DNA from: Bacteroides uniformis
Lineage (GTDB): Bacteria; Bacillota; Clostridia; Oscillospirales; Acutalibacteraceae
DNA: 64,000 bases
NCBI GenBank assembly: GCA_963611165.1
Contig: CAVDQG010000003.1
Coordinates: 17,827-81,826, forward strand
Direction of reading: 5' to 3'
The notes under the pieces were generated by a model, which was not told where the DNA came from, did no database searches, and saw nothing but the letters and a program-made list of their open reading frames with translations. This document shows, piece by piece, positions 6,228 through 15,353 of the stretch. Both the position numbers and the translations under genes were made by a program. Numbering within the stretch: the first letter of the stretch is position 1; the number at the start of each line of letters is the position of its first letter.

Positions 6228-7988
6228 ATGAAAAAAACAGCTGATATAATTCAAAATATATACCGATTTTTGGTTGTCGGATGCTTTCTGATTATCATAA
6301 CCTTTTTGTGTGCATATAATGCGGCGTCCACCGCAGTTCTTATAAACTGGGAGCACACGGCTTATATTGCCGACTCCGTCAAGCTTCACTTGGCGTTCAT
6401 CGTTCTTTCGCTTATTTTGGTGATTTTACTGAAGAGAAGCGGAGCTTACCGTTTTGTCTGCCAAAAGCTTGAGGACGACAAAATATTCGGAAGATGCAAG
6501 TTTTTTCTTATAATCACAATCTTGGCTCTTTCCTGTCTGTGGGTGCTCAGCACGCAGTTTAAACCGGGCGTTGACGAATATGCCGTTCAGCAGGCTGTGG
6601 AGGAGGTTTTGGAGGGGAACTACGAATCTTTTGCTCCGCTTGCCTACATGGATGAATATCCGAACAACTGGGGATTTTTCCTTTTTTCCTATATTGTTGC
6701 CCGTATTTTCGGAAAAATGAACTATATCGTTATCCAGCTTATAATAGCCGTAACGATAGCATTAGCCTTTAAGGCACTCTCAGAGATAGCAGAGCTTTTT
6801 GAGATTGGCAGAGCGGGTCAATTACTCGTGCTTTTGGTCGGCGTGCTGTTTATCCCGTTCACTTTCTACTCCATGATGGTTTACGGAAATTTGCCGGGTG
6901 TAGCCTTTGCGCTCATTGCCGTGAAGTATGAGATTAAGTATCTTAAAGACGGCGGTAAAATTTATCATGCCGTTATCAGCGGAGTTTCAATAGCCGTAGG
7001 AGTTGCGTTCAAGAGCAACATGCAGATTTATTTTCTTGCCATGATTTTCACGGCGGTCATTCATGTGTTCAAATCTTGGAAAAAGGCACTTGCCTTAGTT
7101 TTGATTTTGATTGCCGCATATGCCGTTCAGTCGTTCGGAATAGCGCTAATCATAAGGAGCATGACGGGCTGTGCGCTTGATAAGCCGATAACTTCGCTTG
7201 CGTGGGTTGCCATGGGACTTCAGGACGGCGATCTTGCTCCCGGATGGTGGAATAATTACAGCGTAAAGACCTATTTTGAGTGCGGCGGCGACGCCGTCAA
7301 GCATTCGGCTGTGGTTAAATCGAGCATAAGCGATTCGCTTTCTAATTTTATTTCAAATCCCGATTATGCCGTAGAATTTTTCACGAAGAAAATTCTTTCC
7401 ACATGGGCAAACCCAACCTTCCAGTGCTATGCTACCGTCAGGAACGGCACCTATTTGGCTGTTCCCAAGTGGATGCTTGAGATGCTTTCCTATTCATCGC
7501 AGAAAAGCATGACAGAATATCTTGATGTGATAGCCTTTCTTGTTTATTTCGGCTCGCTTCTCTATGTGCTTACAGAGGACTTCAAGCGAACAGACAAGCT
7601 GATTTTGCCGATGACTTTTGTCGGCGGATTCGTTTTCTATCTCGTGTGGGAAGCAAAGGCAAGATACGGAATGATGTTCTTTATTGTTCTCATTCCCTGT
7701 GCGGTGAAGGGTTTCAGCCGAACAGCTACGCTCATAACAGAAAAAATCAAGAAGATTAAGCAAAACAGACAGACAAAGAGCACCGAAAGCGGCGAAAGAA
7801 AAATCAATCGCAAGCTTGCCGCAAGATTCTGTGTGGTGGCGGTTTCACTTGCCGTGTTTGTCGCTTTGTATGCCGTTAAATTTAATTTCGTTCTCAATCA
7901 GGATACGGGGGAATATCTCAGCTATGTCGAAAACTCTCCGGACGAGGAGGAAATAAAGTATCTCGGTCAGGCTGATGACAGTAAATAA
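6228..7988 (+). CDS. Large polytopic membrane protein, possibly a GT-C/PMT_2-like glycosyltransferase
   Basis: The ORF is listed as 6204..7988, but 6204 is a TTG, so I prefer ATG 6228 (MKKTADI). It has many predicted TM segments and acidic loop motifs (GVDEY, MDEYPNNWG). The function is a guess. Confidence 0.35.
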   Translation: MKKTADIIQNIYRFLVVGCFLIIITFLCAYNAASTAVLINWEHTAYIADSVKLHLAFIVLSLILVILLKRSGAYRFVCQKLEDDKIFGRCKFFLIITILALSCLWVLSTQFKPGVDEYAVQQAVEEVLEGNYESFAPLAYMDEYPNNWGFFLFSYIVARIFGKMNYIVIQLIIAVTIALAFKALSEIAELFEIGRAGQLLVLLVGVLFIPFTFYSMMVYGNLPGVAFALIAVKYEIKYLKDGGKIYHAVISGVSIAVGVAFKSNMQIYFLAMIFTAVIHVFKSWKKALALVLILIAAYAVQSFGIALIIRSMTGCALDKPITSLAWVAMGLQDGDLAPGWWNNYSVKTYFECGGDAVKHSAVVKSSISDSLSNFISNPDYAVEFFTKKILSTWANPTFQCYATVRNGTYLAVPKWMLEMLSYSSQKSMTEYLDVIAFLVYFGSLLYVLTEDFKRTDKLILPMTFVGGFVFYLVWEAKARYGMMFFIVLIPCAVKGFSRTATLITEKIKKIKQNRQTKSTESGERKINRKLAARFCVVAVSLAVFVALYAVKFNFVLNQDTGEYLSYVENSPDEEEIKYLGQADDSK

Positions 7989-8001
7989 CCTATATACAGT
8001 A

Positions 8002-8035
8002 AAAACCGCAGTCGGATAAAAACGACTGCGGTTTT
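8002..8035 (+). terminator. Rho-independent terminator
   Basis: aaaaccgcagtcg-gataaaaa-cgactgcggtttt. Confidence 0.75.
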
Positions 8036-8184
8036 GTGCATTCTCATAAAAATACTTGTGCACGGGGGAAAAACAAAATTCTTGATTTCATAAGAATAAA
8101 TCGTCAATTTAACACAAGATAGAGTAGTTTTTAACTGTTTAAATTAAATGACAAATAATTTACTTTTTTGTAACATTACTTTTA

Positions 8185-8213
8185 TTGCCTTGAAAGGGAT
8201 AATTTGTTATACT
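8185..8213 (+). promoter_or_regulatory. Sigma-A-type promoter (TTGCCT, 17 nt spacer, TATACT)
   Basis: Read directly from the sequence: -35 at 8185-8190 and -10 at 8208-8213. Confidence 0.5.
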
Positions 8214-8219
8214 AATTAT

Positions 8220-8384
8220 AGATGTTGTGTTACTGTATACATTTTGTCGATTGGGATACATACATAGTGTGATTGCTTCTAAGCCAAGCAATCCGCTTTG
8301 GCGAATGAAATGTATGTATGAAATGTATGTATGTGTCAGAAAATAGGATGACCAAAAATTGAAAGAAAGAAAGGAGAGCTTTGT
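8220..8384 (+). promoter_or_regulatory. Structured 5' leader upstream of the DUF1538/P-II-like genes (candidate cis-regulatory RNA)
   Basis: atacatacat (8256-8265) is complementary to either copy of a tandem 13-nt repeat aaatgtatgtatg (8308-8320 and 8321-8333). It encloses a perfect hairpin, gattgctt/aagcaatc (8271-8293). Confidence 0.3.
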
Positions 8385-9905
8385 TTGCAGTTTTTCAGCC
8401 AGCTCAAAGAGAAAACGGGCGAATCCATGGCGGCGGTTTTGCCGATAACCGTCATTGTTTTCGTGCTGTCCGTCACACTTGCTCCCCTTGACCCCGGCAC
8501 GCTGATACTGTTCCTTTTCGGTGCGGTTCTGCTTGTTGCGGGAATGGGCTTTTTTACTATGGGGGTCGATATGGCAATGACGCCGCTCGGTGAGGGCGTC
8601 GGTTCGGTTCTCAGTAAAAAGAAAAAATTCATTATTCCGGCAGTGGCATTTTTTCTGCTCGGAATGCTTGCCACGGTTGCGGAGCCTGATTTACAGGTGC
8701 TCGCAAATCAGGTTTCGGCAATCAACACTCAGGTGCTCATCTGGACGGTTGCGATAGGCGTGGGATTTTTCCTTGTTATCGCAACAATCAGAATAAGAAA
8801 GGGGATTCCGCTTCGTCGGCTTTTGCTCATTTTCTATTTCATCGTGTTCGCAATGGCGTTCATAGCACCGAACAACTTCGTTCCCGTTTCATTTGATTCG
8901 GGCGGAGTTACCACGGGTCCGATAACGGTTCCGTTCATTATGGCTTTGGGTCTCGGTATAGCCTCGAGCCGCAGTGACAAAAACAGCGCAAGCGACAGCT
9001 TCGGTCTTGTTTCGCTTTGCTCGATAGGCCCGATTCTCTCCGTGCTTATTTTAAGCATAGTTTATAAGCCGCAGACGGTTGATGTCAGCCTTGCCGAGGT
9101 ACCCGAGGTATCCACAAGCGCACAGGTGGCGCATTACTTTATCCGTGCGTTTCCGAGTTATTTTGAGGAGGTTGCGATAGCAATTTTACCGCTTGTGGCG
9201 GTATTTGTGATTTTTCAGCTCATCACGAAAAATTATTCGGGAAATGAGCTTATCAAAATCGCAATGGGATTTATCTATACCTACATCGGACTTGTCATGT
9301 TCCTTTGCGGAGTTAACGTCGGCTTCATGCCCGCCGGTCAGACTATCGGTGCGGCTATCGCTTCGAGCTCGCAGAGATGGCTTCTTATTCCTATCGGTAT
9401 GCTCATCGGCTTCTTCATCGTAAAAGCCGAGCCGGCGGTTGCCGTTTTGCAGAAGCAGGTTGAGGAGGTTTCCAACGGTGCTATTTCCGCCCGTGCGATG
9501 GGTGTTGCGCTTTCTGTCGGCGTCTGTGTTTCTGTCGGACTTGCCATGGTGCGTATGCTTACGGGCATGAATATTTTCTTCCTTCTCATTCCCGGTTATG
9601 CGATTGCACTTGGCTTAAGCTTCTTTGTGCCGAACATCTTCACCGGTATCGCATTCGACTCCGGCGGAGTTGCCAGCGGCCCGATGACGGCTACATTCCT
9701 TTTGCCGTTCGCTCAGGGCGCATGCCAGGCAATAGGCGGAAACATGATGACTGACGCATTCGGAATTGTCGCAATGATTGCCATGACGCCGCTTGTCACC
9801 ATTCAGATTATGGGACTTTCAAGCATCGTCCGTCACAATATTCAGATAAGAAAGCTTCATTTCCACATGGAAAAGGTCGAGGATACAGTCCTCTTCTACG
9901 ATTAA
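8385..9905 (+). CDS. DUF1538-family integral membrane protein (internally duplicated)
   Basis: 506 aa. TTG start lies 6-7 nt after SD aaggagag. The protein is polytopic and has an internal repeat: FDSGGVTTGPITVPF versus FDSGGVASGPMTATF. Confidence 0.65.
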   Translation: MQFFSQLKEKTGESMAAVLPITVIVFVLSVTLAPLDPGTLILFLFGAVLLVAGMGFFTMGVDMAMTPLGEGVGSVLSKKKKFIIPAVAFFLLGMLATVAEPDLQVLANQVSAINTQVLIWTVAIGVGFFLVIATIRIRKGIPLRRLLLIFYFIVFAMAFIAPNNFVPVSFDSGGVTTGPITVPFIMALGLGIASSRSDKNSASDSFGLVSLCSIGPILSVLILSIVYKPQTVDVSLAEVPEVSTSAQVAHYFIRAFPSYFEEVAIAILPLVAVFVIFQLITKNYSGNELIKIAMGFIYTYIGLVMFLCGVNVGFMPAGQTIGAAIASSSQRWLLIPIGMLIGFFIVKAEPAVAVLQKQVEEVSNGAISARAMGVALSVGVCVSVGLAMVRMLTGMNIFFLLIPGYAIALGLSFFVPNIFTGIAFDSGGVASGPMTATFLLPFAQGACQAIGGNMMTDAFGIVAMIAMTPLVTIQIMGLSSIVRHNIQIRKLHFHMEKVEDTVLFYD

Positions 9906-9917
9906 CGGAGGCATAAT

Positions 9918-10583
9918 ATGGAAAAAATCAAAGCGGTTGTCTCCATCGTGGAGCGTGGACAGGGTGCTGTTCTGCAAAGGCACTACGGCAAGCAGGGAAT
10001 ATATTTCCACACGCAGTGCCTTGGAAGAGGAACGGCAACCAGTGAAATCATGGATATTCTGGGACTTGACTCCAAGGACAAGGATGTTGTAATCAGCCTT
10101 GCTACGAGCAGTCTTGTTATGAACCTTTTCAAGGTGATTAATTCTGACCTCAGGGGCAGTATGGGCGTAAAGGGCGTTGCGTGCAGTGTGCCCATCTCGG
10201 GAATTAACAATATATTGGCAAATTTGCTTGCCTATCAGTCCGAAAAGCATAAAAAGGAATCCGGAGGAGAAGAAGTGGAACGCACTAAAAATACAATGAT
10301 AATCGTTCTTTGCAACCGAGGAACTACGGGTGATGTTATGGCAACCGCAAAGGAAAACGGCGCAAGGGGCGGAACAATAATCAAATCGAGAATATCGGGC
10401 TTCGAGGAGCTCGAACAGGCATACAGCTTGAAGGTCGATGACAACAAGGATATTCTCGCCATAATGGTTTCCACCGATAAGCGTGCCGCCATCATGGAGG
10501 CAATCAATAAGGAGCACGGACTTCAGAGCAAGGCTCAGTCTTTCCTTTTCTGCCTGCCTATCGAGGAAATGACAAAACTTTAA
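9918..10583 (+). CDS. Tandem P-II-like (GlnB-fold) regulatory protein
   Basis: 221 aa with SD ggagg upstream. It has two P-II-like halves (KIKAVVSIVERGQG... and MIIVLCNRGTTGDVM...). DUF1538 proteins commonly pair with P-II-like proteins. Confidence 0.55.
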   Translation: MEKIKAVVSIVERGQGAVLQRHYGKQGIYFHTQCLGRGTATSEIMDILGLDSKDKDVVISLATSSLVMNLFKVINSDLRGSMGVKGVACSVPISGINNILANLLAYQSEKHKKESGGEEVERTKNTMIIVLCNRGTTGDVMATAKENGARGGTIIKSRISGFEELEQAYSLKVDDNKDILAIMVSTDKRAAIMEAINKEHGLQSKAQSFLFCLPIEEMTKL

Positions 10584-10603
10584 ATTTAAAAATTGATGTT
10601 TTG

Positions 10604-10632
10604 GGGAGTCTGTTTAAACAGGCTCCTTTTGT
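10604..10632 (+). terminator. Rho-independent terminator
   Basis: ggagtctg-tttaaa-caggctcc followed by tttt. Confidence 0.55.
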
Positions 10633-10751
10633 TCACAAAAAGTTTTTGCTTTTTTCTTGTTACATAAATATACATGTGTTATATTTATGCTACAAAGTGT
10701 GTTAAATATTTTAGACTATTGCATCTAAGGAAATCGGGGAATCTGAATAAA

Positions 10752-12308
10752 ATGAGCGCAAATACCTTGGAGAGCAGAAAGAACGTCCAAAACGGAGTTC
10801 GAAGGCTGATTTTCTGCGGCATTTCCATTTTGCTGCAGCTCGGCTTTTTTGCTCTTCTCTTAACAAAACTTTATAACTGGGCGTCGATAATCGACATCGT
10901 GGTGAGAATGGCGGCTTTTGCTCTGGCACTGGTGCTGTACGGACAAAACAAGACTACTCTCAATATGACTACGCCGTGGATAATTCTGATATTGTCCTTT
11001 CCGATTTTGGGAATAGGACTTACACTGCTTATCGGTCTTGACGGCGGTACATACAAAATGAAAAAGCGTTATGCCGAGATAGATTATCGGCTTTTGCCTA
11101 TGCTTGGGAAAAACGATGAGGAGCTTGAAAGGCTCACGGATAAAAACCCCCGTGCAGGCTCGATTGCAAGATATATTGCGAAAAACTCGAAGTATCCCGT
11201 CTATGATGGTTCGAGTGTGAGATATTTTGACGAGGCGATAAACGGTCTTGAAAGCCAGCTTGAGGATCTTAGGAAGGCAGAGAGATTTATCTTTATGGAA
11301 TATCATGCCATTGAGGACGCTAAGGCTTGGTCGAGAATAGAGGCGGTTCTGGCGGAAAGAGCGGCGGCAGGCGTTGAGGTTCGTGTTTTCTATGACGACA
11401 TGGGCTCAATCGGATTTATAAACACAACATTTATCGAGAAATTAAAGGCAAAGGGAATAAGATGCAGAGTTTTTAACCCCTTTGCTCCTATGGTGAATGT
11501 GTTTCTTAACAACCGTGACCATCGAAAGATAACCGTTATAGACGGAAAAATCGGTTACACGGGAGGATATAATTTAGCGGACGAATATTTTAACTATACT
11601 CACCCGTACGGAATGTGGAAAGATACGGGAATAAGAATTGAGGGCGATGCGGTCGCAAACCTTACGGCGGCTTTCCTCGAGATGTGGAACGCCGCAAAGG
11701 ACGGCAACCGTGATACGGACGAGAGATTCGAGGAATTTCTCAGAACAGAAAGGGCAGAAAATCCCGAGGGGTTTGTCCAGCCATATGCCGACATTCCTAT
11801 CGACCATGAGAAAGTGGGCGAGGAGGTGTATATCAGTCTTATCAATAAGGCTGAAAGATACTGCTACTTTATCACGCCGTATCTTATTATCACGGACGAA
11901 ATGAAACATGCGCTCAACTTAGCCGCCAAGCGTGGAGTTGACGTGAGAATAATCACACCGGGAATACCCGACAAAAAGCTTATTTACAGCGTAACGAGAT
12001 CGTTTTACAGCGAGCTTGTGCCAAGCGGTGTGAGAATTTATGAGTGGACTCCGGGATTTTGTCACGCTAAGATGTGCGTGGTTGATGATGAAATGGCTAC
12101 ATGCGGAACGATAAATCTTGATTACCGCAGTCTTTATCATCACTTTGAGAACGGCTGCTTTATGGCTCACTGTGAAGCGGTTCTCAAAATTAAAGAGGAT
12201 ATGCTTAAAACGATGGGGGAATCAAGAGAGGTGACGGACGACTACGCAAAGACAGACAAAAAGAGGATAGGACAGCTTATCATGCGGCTGTTTGCAGGAC
12301 TATTGTAA
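10752..12308 (+). CDS. cls: Cardiolipin synthase
   Basis: It has two PLD HKD motifs (HRKITVIDG and HAKMCVVDD) and N-terminal TM helices. Start is taken at ATG 10752 (MSANTLE) rather than the track start 10674. Confidence 0.85.
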   Translation: MSANTLESRKNVQNGVRRLIFCGISILLQLGFFALLLTKLYNWASIIDIVVRMAAFALALVLYGQNKTTLNMTTPWIILILSFPILGIGLTLLIGLDGGTYKMKKRYAEIDYRLLPMLGKNDEELERLTDKNPRAGSIARYIAKNSKYPVYDGSSVRYFDEAINGLESQLEDLRKAERFIFMEYHAIEDAKAWSRIEAVLAERAAAGVEVRVFYDDMGSIGFINTTFIEKLKAKGIRCRVFNPFAPMVNVFLNNRDHRKITVIDGKIGYTGGYNLADEYFNYTHPYGMWKDTGIRIEGDAVANLTAAFLEMWNAAKDGNRDTDERFEEFLRTERAENPEGFVQPYADIPIDHEKVGEEVYISLINKAERYCYFITPYLIITDEMKHALNLAAKRGVDVRIITPGIPDKKLIYSVTRSFYSELVPSGVRIYEWTPGFCHAKMCVVDDEMATCGTINLDYRSLYHHFENGCFMAHCEAVLKIKEDMLKTMGESREVTDDYAKTDKKRIGQLIMRLFAGLL

Positions 12309-12337
12309 GAACTGTTTCGGTTTATGGGGGTAACTGA

Positions 12338-12583
12338 ATGAAAAATCCGTTTTACGGAATGCTTGGAATGTTTGCGGTTTTTAAGGTGTTTGGAACATTC
12401 CTCGTGATTTATTTGATTATGTTTTTGGCGGTTATTGCATTGGCTTATATTTTCTGTGCGGTAACTCAAAGGTCGGTTGACGGAAAAACGGTCAGAATAT
12501 GCGCTTTGACAGCGATTATTCCCGCAGTGATTTTCACGGCGGTTATAGCGTTTGTTTTATCGAAAATCCCTATGCTTATTTGA
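12338..12583 (+). CDS. Small hydrophobic membrane protein (81 aa)
   Basis: ORF with two to three TM-like segments and SD ggggg upstream. I recognise no family. Confidence 0.4.
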   Translation: MKNPFYGMLGMFAVFKVFGTFLVIYLIMFLAVIALAYIFCAVTQRSVDGKTVRICALTAIIPAVIFTAVIAFVLSKIPMLI

Positions 12584-12613
12584 TTAGGAAATGTATATTT
12601 GCGGAGGTTAATT

Positions 12614-13153
12614 ATGACAGAAAAGTTTAAGCTTGACGATTACAAGGTGTTCGATATGTTCAAGAACAGCTGGGCACTCGTAACGGCAGGAAATCTCGAC
12701 AGCTACAATTCGTGCACGGTCGGCTGGGGAAGTCTGGGAACGCTCTGGTCAAGACCCGGCAATGACGGCGCAAGCGTTACGGTTTATATTCATCCGGCGC
12801 GTTTTACGGAGCATTTTCTTGAGGAAAACTCAAGCTTCACGGTAAGCTTTTTCCCAAAGAAATATAAGAAAGCTCTCGGCTACATGGGTTCGCACTCGGG
12901 AAGAAACGAGGACAAGGCGAAAAACTGCGGTTTGACACCAATGAAAGCGGGCGACAGCGTAAGCTTCGAGGAGGCAGAACTCACCTTTGTTTGCAGAAAG
13001 GTCTATGCTCATCAGTTTGCCAAGGAGGGTATCGCACAGGATATTCAGGATTATTATGCCGCAAATCCCAAGGTTTACCCTGACGGAACAGAGGGCGGAT
13101 GGCAGCCGCACTATGTGTTTGTCGGAGAAATCACCGAGGTCATTAAGAAATAA
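12614..13153 (+). CDS. Flavin reductase-like domain protein
   Basis: ATG 12614 lies 7 nt after GGAGG; the track start 12599 is a TTG. The sequence resembles the flavin-reductase-like fold (WALVTAGN...CTVGWGSLG). Confidence 0.55.
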   Translation: MTEKFKLDDYKVFDMFKNSWALVTAGNLDSYNSCTVGWGSLGTLWSRPGNDGASVTVYIHPARFTEHFLEENSSFTVSFFPKKYKKALGYMGSHSGRNEDKAKNCGLTPMKAGDSVSFEEAELTFVCRKVYAHQFAKEGIAQDIQDYYAANPKVYPDGTEGGWQPHYVFVGEITEVIKK

Positions 13154-13171
13154 TCAAAAATAATCAAACTA

Positions 13172-13206
13172 AAAGGAAAGCTTTTCGAAAAAGGCTTTCC
13201 TTTTTG
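13172..13206 (+). terminator. Rho-independent terminator
   Basis: aaaggaaagc...gctttccttttt. Confidence 0.7.
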
Positions 13207-13417
13207 TGTTTAGACGCCAAGTTTTAAACAATTGCCTTCAAGATGTTGAAAACTTGATGCGGCTTCGCTTTGATATATAGAAAAATCCGCACAATTCCAC
13301 TGTTTTTTGTCGGTTAATATAACCGATTTTTCTTGACATAACGGGTAAGTGTTATTAAAATAAAGGGTGCATTAGCAGAAAATTTTGCAGATTTTTTTCA
13401 AACGGAGATATTTTATC

Positions 13418-14524
13418 ATGACTTTAAGAGGGGATATCCTTAAAAATATAGTTGCTTTTGTGTTGGCTCTGACTATTGCGTTGCCTATTGTTTTTTCGAG
13501 TGGTATGACGGCATTTGCCGATGAATCTTCAAGCGAAGAGGCAAGCGTATCTGAAGAAAGCAGTGATACTTCTGATGCTTCTGACGCTTCCTCAAGTGAG
13601 GCTTCGAGCGAATCAAGCACAGAGAGCTCGACTGCGGCAACAAACTATACCATTCCCTCGGCATCAAGCGATTTTTATGTGTACGATGAGATGAACACGA
13701 TTTCTGACGCTACACGTCAGTCTATCGTTCAGACGGGAGAGTATCTGAACACGCAGTACGGCGCACAGATTGTGGTAGCGGTGTTTAATACGCTTGGTGA
13801 TTACAACATCGAGAGTTTTACAAATGAACTGCTTACTTCTTGGAAAGTCGGCGGTGATGCGGGATACGGTCTTGTCTTCCTGATGGATGTTTCCGAGGAC
13901 GATTACTACTGTATTTCCGGTGAGGGTCTAAAACAGCTTTTCACTTCATCTAAAATTCAGACTATTCTCGATGACAATATCGAGTCGGTCTTTGCTCAGA
14001 AGAACTATGATGCGGCGGCTTTAGCCTTTGTCAATGCCTGTACAAGCGATCTCGAGAAGTATATGCAAGACCTTGCCGCTTCGGGCGTAGTGCTTGTTAA
14101 AAATTCAAACACTACCGCCACGACAGCTTCTGCAAGCGATTCGACTGACGCTCAGTCGGCTGACGCACAGAGCACTGCCCAAGAGACCACAAAGAAATCA
14201 GGCGGATTTTTGGGCTTCCTCAAGGTGCTTGTCATCATAATTCTCGTGCTTGTCATTCTTCTTTGCATCCTGTTTGTCCTTGCATATCTGCACGGTCAAA
14301 AGGTCAAGCGTGAGAGAGCAGAGGCAAGGCGCAGAAACGCTCAGAGAAGAGGAAATTCTTCTTCTGCACCGAGAAGCTCACAGCGTTCATCTTCGTCTTC
14401 GAGAGGAAACACTTCATCTTCAAGACAGCGTTCATCGGGCGGCACACGCTCGGGTACCACTGTTAACAGAGCAAGAAGCTCATCTTCCCAGAGAAGTGAT
14501 TACAGAAGCCGATATGACAGATAA
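13418..14524 (+). CDS. TPM-domain (TLP18.3/Psb32-like) membrane protein with low-complexity tails
   Basis: It has a signal/TM segment, an acidic Ser-rich linker, a TPM-like core (YVYDEMNTISDATRQ...GLVFLMDVSEDDYY), a C-terminal TM helix and an Arg/Ser-rich tail. ATG 13418 is preferred over TTG 13385. Confidence 0.6.
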   Translation: MTLRGDILKNIVAFVLALTIALPIVFSSGMTAFADESSSEEASVSEESSDTSDASDASSSEASSESSTESSTAATNYTIPSASSDFYVYDEMNTISDATRQSIVQTGEYLNTQYGAQIVVAVFNTLGDYNIESFTNELLTSWKVGGDAGYGLVFLMDVSEDDYYCISGEGLKQLFTSSKIQTILDDNIESVFAQKNYDAAALAFVNACTSDLEKYMQDLAASGVVLVKNSNTTATTASASDSTDAQSADAQSTAQETTKKSGGFLGFLKVLVIIILVLVILLCILFVLAYLHGQKVKRERAEARRRNAQRRGNSSSAPRSSQRSSSSSRGNTSSSRQRSSGGTRSGTTVNRARSSSSQRSDYRSRYDR

Positions 14525-14548
14525 TTAAAAATTAAAAAAGTAAAAATT

Positions 14549-14584
14549 AAGCACGGTGAAATTGAACATTCACCGTGCTTTTTG
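14549..14584. terminator. Bidirectional terminator between convergent genes
   Basis: aagcacggtgaa-attgaaca-ttcaccgtgctt with A/T runs on both sides. Confidence 0.7.
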
Positions 14585-14592
14585 TCTGTTTA

Positions 14593-15336
14593 TTATAGAA
14601 CCATTCCGCCGTTCACTCCGAGAACCTGACCCGTGATGAATTTGGCGTCGGCAAGGAAAGCGCATGCCTTTGCAACATCATCGGGAGTTCCGATAGTGCC
14701 TAAAGGAATTTCCTCACGAATGGCATTGACATCCTCTTCGCTCAGGTGAGAATTCATCTTGGTGTCTATCATACCGGGGGAAACGCAGTTGACTGTAATT
14801 CCGCTTGGGCCGACTTCCTGTGCGAGTGCCTTGGTCATTGCTATGAGTCCGCCCTTTGAAGCCGAGTAAGCAACCTCACAGCTTGCGCCGACTTGTCCCC
14901 ACATGGACGAGACATTTATGATACTGCCACTTTTCTCGTGTATCATATTTCTTATGCATCGCTTGGAGACGAGAAACGCTCCCGTGAGATTTATGTTTAT
15001 TATATCGTTCCACTCTGAAAGTGTGGTTTCGTCAAAAAGCTTTATCAGAGATATTCCCGCATTGTTGACGAGAACGCTGACATTTCCGAGCGTGCTTTCA
15101 ATTTCGTTCAGCATGCTGTCGATTTCTTCTTCCGACCTTAGGTCTGCATGAAAAGCCTTTGCGTTGTATCCTCCAGAATTAAGTTCGTTTTCGAGTTCGA
15201 GTGCCGAAGAAGAATTGCTCATATAGTGAATTGCGACAGAATAGCCCTTTTCGGCGAGGACACGGCAAATCGCTCTGCCGATGTCTCCTGAACCGCCTGT
15301 CACAAGTGCGGTTTTCGTTTTATTTAAATTTGTCAT
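14593..15336 (-). CDS. SDR-family oxidoreductase, 3-oxoacyl-ACP reductase (FabG)-like
   Basis: 247 aa with TGGSGDIG and the YSASK catalytic motif. Confidence 0.75.
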   Translation of the reverse strand: MTNLNKTKTALVTGGSGDIGRAICRVLAEKGYSVAIHYMSNSSSALELENELNSGGYNAKAFHADLRSEEEIDSMLNEIESTLGNVSVLVNNAGISLIKLFDETTLSEWNDIININLTGAFLVSKRCIRNMIHEKSGSIINVSSMWGQVGASCEVAYSASKGGLIAMTKALAQEVGPSGITVNCVSPGMIDTKMNSHLSEEDVNAIREEIPLGTIGTPDDVAKACAFLADAKFITGQVLGVNGGMVL

Positions 15337-15353
15337 AGTGCCCCTTTGATGAT

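Noticed and set aside
9819-10517. 232-aa minus-strand ORF.
   Set aside because: It is antisense to the P-II-like gene, which has an SD and operon context. It has no motifs and looks like a shadow ORF.
10674-10751. A 26-aa N-terminal extension of cardiolipin synthase.
   Set aside because: It is AT-rich, promoter-like sequence with no SD. Met 10752 gives a normal N-terminus before the first TM helix.
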